This document shows, in pieces, positions 24,568-36,264 of a stretch of 64,000 bases of DNA. Source of the stretch: Octopus bimaculoides (lineage: Eukaryota); the NCBI RefSeq assembly GCF_001194135.2, contig NC_068994.1, forward strand, positions 47,785,873-47,849,872, given 5' to 3'. The notes under the pieces are model-generated. The model saw nothing but the letters and a program-made list of their open reading frames with translations. It was not told where the DNA came from and did not search any database. Position 1 is the stretch's first letter. Each line of letters opens with the position of its first letter. The position numbers were made by a program, and so were the translations under genes.

Positions 24568-27500
24568 TGACAGTATGATTCAAGATTTGGAGATGCATTC
24601 TGGAACAGCAGCAAAGCCAATTTACTCAGACATTTGAGTGACATCATGTCTAGCTGGGCCTTAGTCTGTGATGTTTGGTACCTACCATCAATGACAAAAA
24701 TGGTGAGTTTATTGTATCATTTCAAATTCCTTCTAGTGTAAAGTCGATATCTAAAAGTTTTATTGTCAATTTTCAATATTGGTGCAAATCTACAAATTTA
24801 TATGGGAAGCGTAAAGTTGATTGAATTAAGCCACCACAATTCTTTGACAAGAGGAAAAACAATGGGCCATGATGGCACCTTTTCAAATTCCACCCGTCTA
24901 ACACCCGTGGACATGTGTACAAAGTCAGAGTTATTGTTAGTAAGATGGTTAATAATTTTATGAGCATCTGCCAAGTCAGCTGCCAGACATCGGAGTTTCA
25001 ATGTATCCATGCCCAGGGAAGTAAGGCGTTCAGAATATGGCAAATGCCTGATGGAGGGTATTCTCTTGGTTGCACGTCGCTGAACGGTTTCCAGACGATT
25101 AATATCCTGGGCAAGATGGGGGTTCCAGACCGGAGACGCAAATTCCAGGTGAGACCGCACCATAGCTATATAAAACCTCAGATAGATAACCGGAGAGCGA
25201 CTCACAAAGGACTTGGTAAGTGATGCCAAGACACCCTCAGCCTAGAGGGGCAATTAAATACTATAAAATATGCCAGTGCAATAGAATACTAATTCTGCCA
25301 CTAAAAAGATATTTCTTTTAAACGGAAGGTAAGATGTTCATATGTTAGCCAAACAATTTGAACTTAAGATGTTCAAATCTTAACTCTGTAACACTATTAT
25401 CTTGGTGCTTTATTATTCTTTCCTGCAAGACAGTGGAGTGGCAGAATCATCAAAGCCTTAGAGAAAATGCTTTGTAATATTTAGTTACATCTTTTTACAT
25501 TATTGGTTCAAATCCAATCAGGAATGACAGGTTTTTGTGCTGAAAAGGAGATGAGGTTTAATCAACTGAATTCTTTCCTAAAATAAGCTCTAGTCTAAAT
25601 ACTGGAGATGTCTTGCAAACAACTCGCACATGCAAATGCTACCAGTCGAGAACTCCGCATACCGGAAGCCAGCAAGTGTATGAGGTCATCAGGAGAGAAT
25701 GCGCGCCGTTTTGGGGCCTACCTCTCGACGGCATCAATGCGCACCGGCCCCCCTCACTGATATGAGGCCCCGCTTGCTAGATCAACTGGTTATTAAAAAC
25801 AAAGCTCAATATTTCTCTAGCTTTATATTGACTTTATCCTCACCCAAAATAAGTATTGGTGCAAGTGCTGGAGATTGATAAATTGGCCTCATCCAGAAAT
25901 ACCCTCACCCCAAAATTTTGCAGGCCCCATGCCTGTGTAAGAATTCCTTACTTTTTTTCAACCATGTTCATCATCTTCATATGATTGTTTATTTATTTGT
26001 TTTAAAAAAAAATTTCTTCTCTTTGTAGGACGGTGAAGATGCCGTGTCATTCGCTAACAGAGTAAAAGCTGAAATTGCTAGAAAAGGAGGATTAGTGGAC
26101 TTGGAATGGTAAGTGACATGACAGCAAATGTTTCAGCCACAAACTCTAACATCAAAGTCTTTACAAATAACTTACTAATAGTTCTCATAAGGAGTTCAAA
26201 TTCACTGCAGTTGGTTAGCTAAGTATTTTAGCAGTAAACTTAGTTCTCCAATCAATGTAAAATAGTAGAAACCAAGGAAACTAGTGATAATCTGTGTCAG
26301 TAAATAGTAAGTATAAAATGTTTACAAAGTGGTACAAGTTAGTTTACTATGAGAAAGAAGAGAACTCTGTTTTTAAGCTGTGCCCTTCAAGTAGAGAGAT
26401 GGAGGGCTTCCTTTGAAACATTAAAGCTCCCCTCTTCTTCACAGTAACCTAACTTTGCATGTGTGTATGTGCCAAACTATTTTCTCTACAACACTAAATT
26501 GTCTACAAATCTTGACTCTGTCAAAAACAGAATCTAGTGAACTCCTTTTACAATCAAATCCAAGTACAATGAGTACAGGTCAGTTATTAGAAATCTCAGC
26601 CAGTTTATACTGTGTCCTGTCACCATTGCTGCATTCCATCCGTTTATCTAAGTGTATGTCAGTCCCACAGAAATTCTGTAGTTCACTGATGTAAGCTGCA
26701 GTGCTAACAATGTAAAATTAACAAGTGTTGTATTTATTGACTTGCAGTGTTTGTGTGAATGGGTATATACATGTATATACCCACTTGTGGGAGATGTAAG
26801 GAATAGTGATTTATGGGAGGAGGGAGAGAAAATTACATGGAGAGGGCATGTGTGTGTGTGCGTGCGCTCATGCGTATATACACACAAACACACACTCATA
26901 TCTTCATAGGGTACAGGTATGATTGAGGGTCGTGCAGTTTGGTTCACAATCATGAAATCTCAAATTTGACCCCACTGCATTGGAGCTTGGCCCAGTGTCT
27001 TTCATGATAGAATTAAGTCAACCCAAACCTTGTGAATGAAATTAGGTAAATAGAAACTGTGAGGAGATGGCGGGTGGGGGGGCACCATTGGATGGATGAC
27101 TGGTATCTGTGATACAAAGGACCAGGCTTGTCATACACTGTGGCTGCCTAATGATTACATTAAGAAGGGAAAGTCTCTGTGGAATTCTCAAGCACCGACA
27201 ATGGTAAATAGTTCTATTGATCAAAGAACTAGAATAACCATCAGCCATTTACTCTTGCACGCATGCATGTTAGTGAATGAAGATAATTTAACTGATTTAC
27301 TGTCAGAATCACTTAAACTAAAGACAGACAAAACGCCACTAAGCATTTTGCCCAGTGTGCTAACGATTCCACCAGCTCAATGATCCTTTCTACTATAGGC
27401 ACAAGGCCTGAAATTTGGGGGACGGGCCAGTCAATTAAATTGACTCCAGTACGCAACTGGTACTTAATTTATCACCCCCAAAAAGATGAATGGCAAAGTC

Positions 27501-27876
27501 AACCTTGGCAGAATTTGAACTCAGAACATAGCAGCAGTTGAAATACCACTAAGCATTTCGCCCAGCATGCTAATGGTTCTGCATGCTAATGGTTCATGCT
27601 AATGGTTCTGCCAGCTCACTGCCTTATATACATCAGCTTAGTAATGACAGTTATTTTTTTTTTTTTAAATCAATTGAAGCAATATAAATATAGTAACAAA
27701 AAGTTTAACAAAAAACTTTCCTTTTCGAGTTCCATTTTTGCTTTACCTATATTTGTTTTTTAACATTTTCACTTTTCTCTCTCTTCAGGGATGGTCAGTT
27801 GAAACGGACACAGGCAAAAGAATCTTTAAGAAGAAAGCCACAAGAACAGTACAGCAAAACTATCAAAATAGACTGA
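10615..27876 (+). CDS. GPAT3/4: ER-type glycerol-3-phosphate acyltransferase (GPAT3/GPAT4 = AGPAT9/AGPAT6 family); 12 coding exons, 5'-partial
   Basis: Hand-spliced GT-AG exons with consistent phases give 975 nt: AIIEDDVTSRFTAEELQSWNLLTRNNDGYHFISVRLTILYFVGLIIRYCMLFPFRLVLAVIGTCWLIVTTAIIGYLPNSLFKKLLNQYVSLMSHRILSRAFSATIIYHNRENRAKNGICVANHTSPIDVIILSCDNCYSMVGQAQGGFMGIMQRAMARANAHIWFERSESKDREAVARRLKEHVDNENKLPILIFPEGTCINNTSVMMFKKGSFEVGRTIYPVAIKYDSRFGDAFWNSSKANLLRHLSDIMSSWALVCDVWYLPSMTKMDGEDAVSFANRVKAEIARKGGLVDLEWDGQLKRTQAKESLRRKPQEQYSKTIKID*. Contains the HxxxxD catalytic motif and FPEGT, and is collinear with vertebrate GPAT4 as I recall it. It cannot be assigned to GPAT3 versus GPAT4. Confidence 0.95.
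12109..12163 (+). CDS. GPAT3/4: GPAT exon b (ELQSWNLLTRNNDGYHFI), 55 nt
   Basis: tttaacag|AG...ATAAG|gtattt; contains SWNLL(T/S)R. Confidence 0.9.
12770..13043 (+). mobile_element. SINE family with core gagtggttggcgttaggaagggcatccagctgtaaaa (tentatively Ceph-type), core duplicated
   Basis: Two successive core copies and tail ...acattaaatgatgatgatg. Confidence 0.65.
13340..13720 (+). repeat. Degenerate tandem array (6 or more units) homologous to the acceptor and 5' end of GPAT exon c
   Basis: 13423-13462 is 32/40 identical to 13681-13720; further partial copies near 13347, 13471, 13500, 13609 and 13651. Confidence 0.75.
13696..13761 (+). CDS. GPAT3/4: GPAT exon c (SVRLTILYFVGLIIRYCMLFPFR), 66 nt
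   Basis: cattatag|T...TTCAG|gtgagc; transmembrane segment matching RLT.L..G..IRYC.L.P.R. Confidence 0.9.
15446..15520 (+). CDS. GPAT3/4: GPAT exon d (LVLAVIGTCWLIVTTAIIGYLPNS), 75 nt
   Basis: poly-T tctag|A...AGCTT|gtaagt; contains GYLPN. Confidence 0.9.
16421..16510 (+). CDS. GPAT3/4: GPAT exon e (FKKLLNQYVSLMSHRILSRAFSATIIYHN), 90 nt
   Basis: ccattttcag|A...AACAG|gtaatt. Confidence 0.9.
18234..18324 (+). CDS. GPAT3/4: GPAT exon f with catalytic motif I (ENRAKNGICVANHTSPIDVIILSCDNCYSM), 91 nt
   Basis: tttctcag|A...ATG|gtaagt; contains NHTSPID. Confidence 0.97.
19627..19742 (+). CDS. GPAT3/4: GPAT exon g with motif II (VGQAQGGFMGIMQRAM...IWFERSESKDREAVAR), 116 nt
   Basis: actcag|GTT...CGAAG|gtaatg; contains WFERSE. 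Confidence 0.97.
20054..20146 (+). mobile_element. Young 5'-truncated copy of the Ceph-type SINE (3' tail ...ggacgttaaacgatgatgatg)
   Basis: Identical by eye over about 90 bp to the reverse complement of 47893-47985. Confidence 0.85.
20751..20961 (+). mobile_element. Mariner-like 5' end: TIR, leader and first codons (MTEKV)
   Basis: Starts atgaggtctgatcaataggtatctggact, resembling TACGAGG.CTGATCAA.AAGT mariner TIRs with CpG decay; sits directly after a (CA)n tract. Confidence 0.55.
21055..21110 (+). CDS. GPAT3/4: GPAT exon h (LKEHVDNENKLPILIFPE), 56 nt
   Basis: ctttgcag|A...GAAG|gtaagc; contains LPILIFPE. Confidence 0.97.
21490..21710 (-). mobile_element. Degenerate RTE-like LINE fragment (post-RT region)
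   Basis: ...NMRINTQFLSSFIFSSLLYGYEL*HLTKALEKKL resembles K..IF.S...S.LLYG.ETW.LT.....KL. Confidence 0.6.
22002..22087 (+). CDS. GPAT3/4: GPAT exon i (GTCINNTSVMMFKKGSFEVGRTIYPVAIK), 86 nt
   Basis: ttttccag|GT...AAA|gtaagt; completes motif III and contains motif IV. Confidence 0.97.
22378..22830 (-). mobile_element. Longer Ceph-type SINE copy with internal 65-bp modules
   Basis: Same tail as 20054-20146, same core as 12770-13043, same modules as 2245-2462. Confidence 0.8.
24574..24702 (+). CDS. GPAT3/4: GPAT exon j (YDSRFGDAFWNSS...WALVCDVWYLPSMTKM), 129 nt
   Basis: tttgacag|TAT...ATG|gtgagt; contains FGDAFWNSSK and VWYLP. Confidence 0.95.
24876..25235 (-). mobile_element. CR1/L2-like LINE 3' fragment with a terminal inverted piece
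   Basis: YIAMVRSHLEFASPVWNPHL..DINRLETVQRRATK.IP....LPYSERL..LG..TL..R; 24876-24929 reads on the + strand as HLFKFHPSNTRGHVYKVR. Confidence 0.9.
26029..26108 (+). CDS. GPAT3/4: GPAT exon k (DGEDAVSFANRVKAEIARKGGLVDLE), 80 nt
   Basis: ctttgtag|GAC...GAATG|gtaagt; contains EDAV.FANRVK..IA..GGLVDL. Confidence 0.95.
27789..27876 (+). CDS. GPAT3/4: GPAT last coding exon (WDGQLKR...YSKTIKID*), 88 nt
   Basis: ctcttcag|G GAT GGT...GAC TGA; contains WDG.LKR; an AATAAA follows near 28089. Confidence 0.92.
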
Positions 27877-28875
27877 AAAAATATACAAAACAAAAAGACA
27901 AAAAAAAAAGCTAAAGAAAAGTAAATCAAAAATGAAAAGAACTCAAAACAAAAATCCACATAAAAAAAACATTGAACAAATGCAAATAATGAATTTAGTT
28001 GCTATTAATAATTTTTTTTAGCAATTAGAATGGAGTGGGGGGTGGGCCTTTTTTTGTTGTTTGTTTTTTTTTAATATGCTAATGAGCAATAAAGCAGTTC
28101 TGTTTCCATTTCTTTCAACTCCTCCTCCTCCTCCTCCCAGCTGACTCTTCACTCTTCTGCTTCCTTGCTTGCCCCTCACCTCACCTCTCTCTCTCAGATC
28201 TCTGTTGAAGATTTTGGAAACAGTTCTGTTTGGGGTTGGGGTGGTTATTTGGGGAGGTCTTTTGATGGGTCAGGAATGGGTTGTGATGAGTGTGCAGAGC
28301 TGTCGACCTCACGCTGACCTTTCCAGAAACGGTCAGTGCAAAGTTGGTGAGGGTGGGGATTGGGAAGGGATAAAAAAAAAAGTTTGATGATGGACATAGA
28401 CTCACTTGATGGATGTTGGTGGACATAAGCATACAACGTGATGGATATTGATGGATAAGAGAGAGAGACACACACACACACATGTGGTGGGCATTAGTGG
28501 GTGGATGCAGATACACCTGCTGGACATTGGTGGACAGAGCAATACAAAAAAAAAAAGGGAAGGGCAAACAAAAAATACCAGCTGTGTGCTAATGTTTCAT
28601 TTTATTTTGATTTTTTTTTTTGTTTACTAAAAACTGTATGACAATGATGATGACAATGATGATGCTGATGACCAGTGAGTAGATGTATCTACCCCCACAT
28701 ATAATGGTGTGGGTGAGTGTGTGTAAATGGTAATGATGCATGTGCGGTAAGGATATTACTGTTGTATGGGATGGTGATGATGATGAATTTGTGTGTGTAA
28801 AACTGCTGCTAAAAATTACATTTCACTTGAACTCTAACAGTATGTTAGTAAAAATGTTGACATGTGCAGATATGA

Positions 28876-28907
<32 letters not shown>

Positions 28908-29250
28908 TCTTAATTTAGTAATTTCTAGATGGTCAGAACAAAACATTATTTCCCGATTAGTTAATTTTGTCTCAATCTTTACCCCCTTCGCTCTCTCTCC
29001 TTCCCCTCATGTGTTATTAAGTTTCTCCTTCCTTTCATAATATTTTCATCAATTTCTACCTCAGTTTATGCCCCTTCCTCAGCCACAGCTAGTCTCCACA
29101 TTCACAATTACAACCACAACTATCTGAGGCTCAATACATGCATTGTATGTGTGTGTGTGTCTGTGTATGTGTATGCCTGTGCGTTTATGTGTATGTATAT
29201 ATATATATATATATATATGTGTATATATATATATATATGTGTATATATAT

Positions 29251-29282
<32 letters not shown>

Positions 29283-29294
29283 GTGTATATATAT

Positions 29295-29326
<32 letters not shown>

Positions 29327-29610
29327 GTNNNNNNNNNNNNNNNNNNNNNNNNNNNNNNNNNNNNNNNNNNNNNNNNNNNNNNNNNNNNNNNNNNNNNNNN
29401 NNNNNNNNNNNNNNNNNNNNNNNNNNNNNNNNNNNNNNNNNNNNNNNNNNNNNNNNNNNNNNNNNNNNNNNNNNNNNNNNNNNNNNNNNNNNNNNNNNNN
29501 NNNNNNNNNNNNNNNNNNNNNNNNNNNNNNNNNNNNNNNNNNNNNNNNNNNNNNNNNNNNNNNNNNNNNNNNNNNNNNNNNNNNNNNNNNNNNNNNNNNN
29601 NNNNNNNNNN

Positions 29611-29701
<91 letters not shown>

Positions 29702-31049
29702 TTTGATGCTATTGTTATCTGTTTATTCATGCTTGCATGGTTTTTTTGGATGTACATATATAGATATGTGTGTATATTACGTAAATTACAGTCAACCTTT
29801 CATCACTGGTACCTAAGGTTTCCTATCAGTGAAGTTGGTCTACTGATATTTCTTTTAACTGACTAGAGATTTGGCTGTAAGTCTGCACAAACAAATATTT
29901 GTTTGTCCTGGATTACTGTCAGTCCACTAGCCAAGTGAAAAAAGAAATCAGTAAACCAGCTCCATCGATACAAAACTCAACCTGTTAGTGATGAGAAGTT
30001 GTCTGTACATTACAAATAAAAAATTATTCATACTCTACTTCTTGATATTGAGTATTAGTTTCTTACACCTAACACAATGTGTGTGTATGTATATAATTGC
30101 CTGCTGTTTTTTATTTCATCTTTTTGTCAGACTTCACCCTCACATTTTTTTTTTTTTTTTCAATATGTGTATTTGTGAATATAGCGTCTAGAAATAATCC
30201 AAGTTGCTATACACACATAGATAAGCAGATACATACAATAGACGCTATGCACTTCCACTATAAGCATGTATTAAGTACTCTTGTTTTGTATGACTAAACA
30301 TTATGTATGTAATGGCAAACTTTGTGTGTGTAATATTTTCCAACTGCGGTAAGATGTCTTGAATTTAGGAAGAATTATATTTTCCTTTCTAATTGATAAT
30401 GAAGGTTTTTTAAATACCAGCATTTTTCACCACCTTAAATTAAGAAATGCAAAAAATGCAAGACCCTACCCCCTGTTTTTTTTTGTTTTGTTTTTTTTTG
30501 TTACATACACTGATATCAGGCAGAAAAAAAATTTTGTTTCAAAAGTGATTCATTAACTTATGTCACTTTATGTTTTGAGTTTGTTGAGTTCACTCACCTT
30601 TGTCGTTTGATCTCCCGAAGTTTAATGAAATAAAAATGAAATACTGGAGTCAAATCAAATATATCCCTCCCCTGAAATCCATTCCTTTCTGCCTATGTTA
30701 GAAACCATTACACTTATTACTAGCAATAATAATAATAATAATAATAAGCCTTTTTACTCTAGGCACAAGGCCTGAAATTGTGGGGCAAGAGGATTAGTCG
30801 ATTACATTGACCCCCAGTACTCAACTGGTATTTATTTTATCAACCCCGAAAGGATGAAAGGCAAAGTCTACCTCGGCGGAATTTGAACTCAGAACACGAA
30901 GACAGATGAAATGCCACTAAGCATTATGCCCAGCATGCTAATGATTCTGCCAGTTTACTGCCTTAAATAATGATAATAATTATATTGATTTATTTTCACT
31001 AGAGCAATAGATGAAGGGAATATTATAAGGACATGCTACAAAAATCATG

Positions 31050-34000
31050 GGAATTTATATATAAATTGAAATGAATGAAGAGCTACAGCATGCAATTATA
31101 TAAAAGTCTCCCAAGAGAATGAGAGTCACCTAGAATCAGTCAGGGAACTTCTCAAGTCCAGGATTATCTTAACTACAAAGGGAAAGTGCTTTCTTCCAAT
31201 CATGTTCTCTGGACCTACAGGTACATACTGAGAGTAGGCTCACTCACTCAAGCCCTGCTCTCAATTCTCACCCACCTTTGATCGATGACAGCACCTCCTC
31301 CTCCACCCTCATTTCCTCTCATGATTTTTGTTTGCAGCTATGATAAAAGGTGAACCGCACCTGTTAACTGTCCAAGAAACATTGCAGGTGTTACAGCCTC
31401 AGTGAATGTCTGTATAGAGGGCTTGTTATGCCATGGCTGATGATGTACAGAGGATAGATAGGTAGAACGTCTTTTCCTCAAGAAGTAAAAGTGCTGATGC
31501 TCCAGTCTGGTCAGACAAAAGATGGAGCATGACAATAATGAGGCAATAATACACAACAGAAGTGAAGTGTTCATTTTTTTTTGCCTCTACCCAGTCATTT
31601 AAGAATAGTTTCATCTCAGCCCGCTTTTGCACACTGCTCACAGTTCCATCCCATTTCCTAAAGTGAACCGACTCATTGGTCTAGCACTGCACAATAAGGA
31701 CTTGCTTGTCCAGGTGCCATGCTACAAGCCCACCAACTTGTCCAGTTAAATCTTTGTTCCTGTCATCACCTGATATTTGTTTAGTATGATGTTGATTTAT
31801 TTCACCTCCATGGTGTCCAACACCACTGTGTGACATCATCTTCATATACCTACATCGTTCATCCATATCGCAATCTAAACAGGATACCCATTAACACCAC
31901 CAGCTTACAACAGTTACCTGGAGAGTCTACATAAAGAGATAAATGAATCACACATTTTGTCTACAGATGCACAAAGCACAGGATTCAAAATGGTTCCAAT
32001 CGATGGTCATTTAACCTCGACATCTAGAGGATTCTACTGTACATTGAAGTTATCCAGCCTCTTAAAACAGGACCAAAACTGGTTGCACTGAGGACAGTCA
32101 TGAAGATTTAAGATTAACACAACTGAAAGCTTTCAACTGATCCACTGAAATTCTCTCTTTAATGTATCACAAAGTAGAAGTCATGGATACCTCTGTCCAG
32201 GATTGCTCAGATTTTCACTTTCCTAATGATAAACACTAACCACTTTGCTAGCATCTTGGCCAATATCTTAAACTCTGTGTTCAGCAGTTATGGGCTAGAA
32301 TTTATTGATAATGTCTCTTTTGTTCTGATCCTGCCTCAGTAGTACTATGACATCCCAGCTCATAGAACCAGTAATTCTCCCACTTTACTTCCAGTTGCAG
32401 TAGACATCTTGCATGAGGTTAGTTAAAGCTCCTAGGGCAGAACATCCAAGCTAAGTGATTCCCCTTCTCTGCTCAGTCACTACCAACTGTAAGTCAACCA
32501 TGAGCCATAGCAGGCCATTGATGTAGGTATGAAAGTACTGTCACCAGTTTACTCAACTGTATGGTGCAAACCCAACAGTTGAGCAAAACATCACTGAAGG
32601 CCATAAACATCTTCCTACAGTCAAGTAGCATACCAGTGCTACTCTGCCAAATACCAAATTGTGGGTTCATTGTTACATCATAGCTCTGTAAACCTGGCCT
32701 ATCAAACATGTCTAAGCACATATACATTTAACTCTGACAACAAAATCTTCATGTTTTGCAATAAGGTTACATATCATTCTCACTGCTAGTACATCAAACA
32801 TGATGACATTACTAATTGCTTTCCTAATTTGCTCACTAACTCTGTCTTTAATCTATTTTTCTCTGTTACTACCACTCTGATAAATCCCATCAATTCTGCT
32901 CTAAATGTTCACTGCTGAGTGACTTACCACCAGTTGTTTATGAGTGCCCTATCAACTGCTAATTAACTAATTCATTAATCCAATCCATGCCAGCAACCAT
33001 GGATTCAGCTTTCAGTAACTTGTTTCCTGTTGATGTACCGTATCAAAGTCAGCCATGCAGATAACAATTTTGTGTCACCAACCAAATGAAATTGTAGATG
33101 CTTTATACTATCTCTATCTGCTGACTTAAATACTCTGTCTAGATCCAATGTCCATGTTGATGTATTTAGGATATCCAGTCTCTACCTGTCAAACAATTGG
33201 TGCTGTCTTAACATTTCATCAAGGCTCTTTTTGGCTAACTTCCCACAAATCCATCATACATTTAAAAGGAATTCATTTTCTGTTGAAGAGTGGAACATCA
33301 CGAAGAACGTTCTTAGTTACCTGAAAAAATTTGACCGCCCTACTCCAGTCAGGGCATAAATAGCCAATAGCCTGAAGGCACTGTACCACCATCACTGCTG
33401 TTCACATCCAGTACCAAGTTTCTGTTTGGGTCCAGGAAGATTGTTCATACTTTGAGTCCCAAACTTTTGTGAAACAACATTGCCACCTCACCACCTGATC
33501 TGTGCTAAATGAAAGATGTGTACATTTCATAATCGTTGAAGATTGATGCAAGTGCATGTGTCCTGGAAATCTCAGTCTCACTGACAGCTGCCGTATCTAT
33601 ATCTACTAACCTTAGATCATTGAGCAAATGACCTTACTTTGAAGTCAACCCTGGGTTGCATGCATTTTGTACAACCTATCCTGAATATTACCATATTAGA
33701 CAAAATAAAAGGAGTAAGAAGTCACATGGTGACATTTGTATAATATTGTCTTCTCAACTGAGAAAGGTCTCCAAAAGGTTCTTGCCCTCTCCAGTCACCT
33801 GTGACTCTTGTTACACTCACAAATGAACAGCTGCTATGCTATAGCGTCTGGTGTTTTTGTTGTTGCTGCTGGCTTCAGAGGTGACATTGCTAGTTATCAC
33901 AGGGGAAACAGTGGTGATTGTATTGCTTAGTGTTGTAGTATTTGACCAATTTGTTGAGCTTATAGTGATGGCAGCAATGATGATGATAATGATAATGATA

Positions 34001-34745
34001 GTTTTCTCCTCACTTTTGGTTGTTGTTGCTGTTGCTTGGCAATTGGGTGGTGGTTATTACTGTTGCTCCTTTTTTTTTTTTTCTCAAGAGCATCTGTGTG
34101 ACAGCAGTGGTGGTAGTGGTGATGGAAGTGTCATTGCTGATTGGGATACATCGATGTTTTCCTCAATGAAAGGAGTAAAGGTAAGCAATTTCACCCCCCC
34201 CCCTGCTGCTTCTATGTATTCCCACCTTCCTCTCTTGTTGTTCAGCTTTCAAACATGATGCCATCTGTTTTTACTTTAGTGAATGCATTGATCTTTGTAT
34301 GGTGTGTGTGTGTATATGTAAATAGAAGGATTAGCAAAGAATCTTACCTCTCACAATATGGAAACATTTCTCATGGAATCAGCAGACAAAATGGAAAAGG
34401 TGTAAAGGTGTTGCCCCAAAAGATAGTGAGGGAGATGTGCTGAAACAGCCACTCTGACTCACAGAGCTTACACTTGCAGATAGCAATCTCCGGCCTGATA
34501 GTGGTGAACAGAGATATTGTCCAGGGGCTAAGAACGCCACAGGGATCAACTGCCACTGGCTTGACCATAAATTTGTTGGAGAGCAACAATGTTTATATTA
34601 TTGTTTATTTTCTTTTATTTATTATCATCACTTTATTTGTGAAACCATTTTTGTTTTTTTGATAAGAGGTATGGCCCCAGTGAAGTGAGAAACAAACTGA
34701 CCTAACACTTGCAGCTGAGGTCAGCCCCAAAAGACGAAACACAAA
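31050..34745 (-). mobile_element. Heavily decayed L1/Tx1-like non-LTR retrotransposon (ORF1 remnants, AP endonuclease, RT)
   Basis: Minus-strand remnants: HLLNDLRLVDIDTAAVSETEI...GGEVAMLFHKSL...IFLDPNRNLVLDV...FRLLAIYA (endonuclease, 33300-33680); LDQLKAFSCVN (LDQSKAFDRVD-like, ~32130); VYEDDVT (YADD-like, ~31830). Many stops; boundaries approximate. Confidence 0.75.
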
Positions 34746-35897
34746 AAAAAAAAAAAATTTTTAATGTTTAATCCCTAAAAGAAGCAAACTATCAACAATT
34801 TGGTTTCAAACTACAAAGCAGTAGAAAAACATAGTACAGTCAAAAAGCAATAACTATATTTCTAATGTGGGTACAAGGTCAGAAATTTGGAGAAAGTGAA
34901 TGGGTCAAATAATCACTCCTAAGACTTGAATGGTATTTTATTAGTATAATAATAATAATAATAATAATGATGATCATGATTTCAAATTTTGGCACAAGGC
35001 CAGCAATTTCAGGGATGGGAGGAATTTGATTATATTGACCCCCAGTGATCAACTGGTACCCTTCCAGGGTGAGGATTGACAAAAATGAAGTACTTGACTG
35101 GGGTCAATATAATCACCTGCTCCCTCTTCCCAAATTTCTGGTTGTGTACCTATGTTAGAAATTATTATTTTGACATTGTTATAGTGCAGGTATATAAATT
35201 CTTAATGTCTTAATTCCTGAACTTCATTTTAAGTGCCTCTTTGAACATCCCACCCTTTGCCAATACACTTGGCAACACATGAATGGTATTGCTTCCTACT
35301 TTTTCTTCCATATCTTTGTGTACATGTACAAGTATGTGTTTATGTGTGTGTGTGCACATGTATGTGTGTGCACATCTGTGTGTGTGCATGTGATTTTGTT
35401 GAAGCATTGAGAAGTTTAAAAATATGTCTTTTTTTTAAGATCACATGTAAATGAAGCCATGAATAAATAATAGCTTGTAAAATATCAGGTAAATACACCC
35501 CTTCCAGTTAATGGGTATATTTATGAGCTATCATTTATTTATAGCTTCATTTGCATTCAAACTTCTTAAAAAAGAGTTTATATTATATTATATTATATTA
35601 CATACGCAAGCATATATCTCAAACACTAATTGCCAGATTAAGCCACCAAACATATTGATTGATGATTTTTAGATGCACCAGAGCTAAAGAAATTCAAGCA
35701 AATTTTTGTATAAACCCCAAATTGTTTTAAACCAGAAATATTTTCATATACATCTATGTATAGATGCAAACATGGCTGTGTGGTTGAGAAGCTCACTATG
35801 CAACCAAATGGTTTTCGGTTCAGTGGCACGGCAATACCTTGTGAGTAAATTTAGTTGATGGAAACTGTGTGAAGCCCATCGTGTGTGTGTTTATGTA

Positions 35898-35931
<34 letters not shown>

Positions 35932-36264
35932 CATACATAAATGTTGAACAACGAGAATAAGTGCTCAACACCGCATTGATGGATAGATTTGTGTGTGTGT
36001 GTGTGTGTATTTTTTATTTGGGTATTAAGGCTATCGTTGGTTTCAGGTTAAAAAAATATTTTAATATGCTAACAACTTTTCAAGCTGATCACATGGAGGA
36101 ATGGTGTTTGCCTCCGTATTTTTCTTAACATGAAACCAATGGTAGCCTTAATGCACAAATAAGAATACACACACACACACGTATATATATATATATATAT
36201 ATATATGCCAGTAGTTCATAAATCTGAAAAGCAGCACACTCAAAAACTTTAGAGCTGTAATACT

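Noticed and set aside
25640-25700. CUGAUGA on the minus strand as a second hammerhead
   Set aside because: There is no downstream GAAA or compatible stems.
30582-30650. Apparent minus-strand exon ending AAG|gtgagt
   Set aside because: The sequence resembles a degenerate SINE B body and has no coding support.
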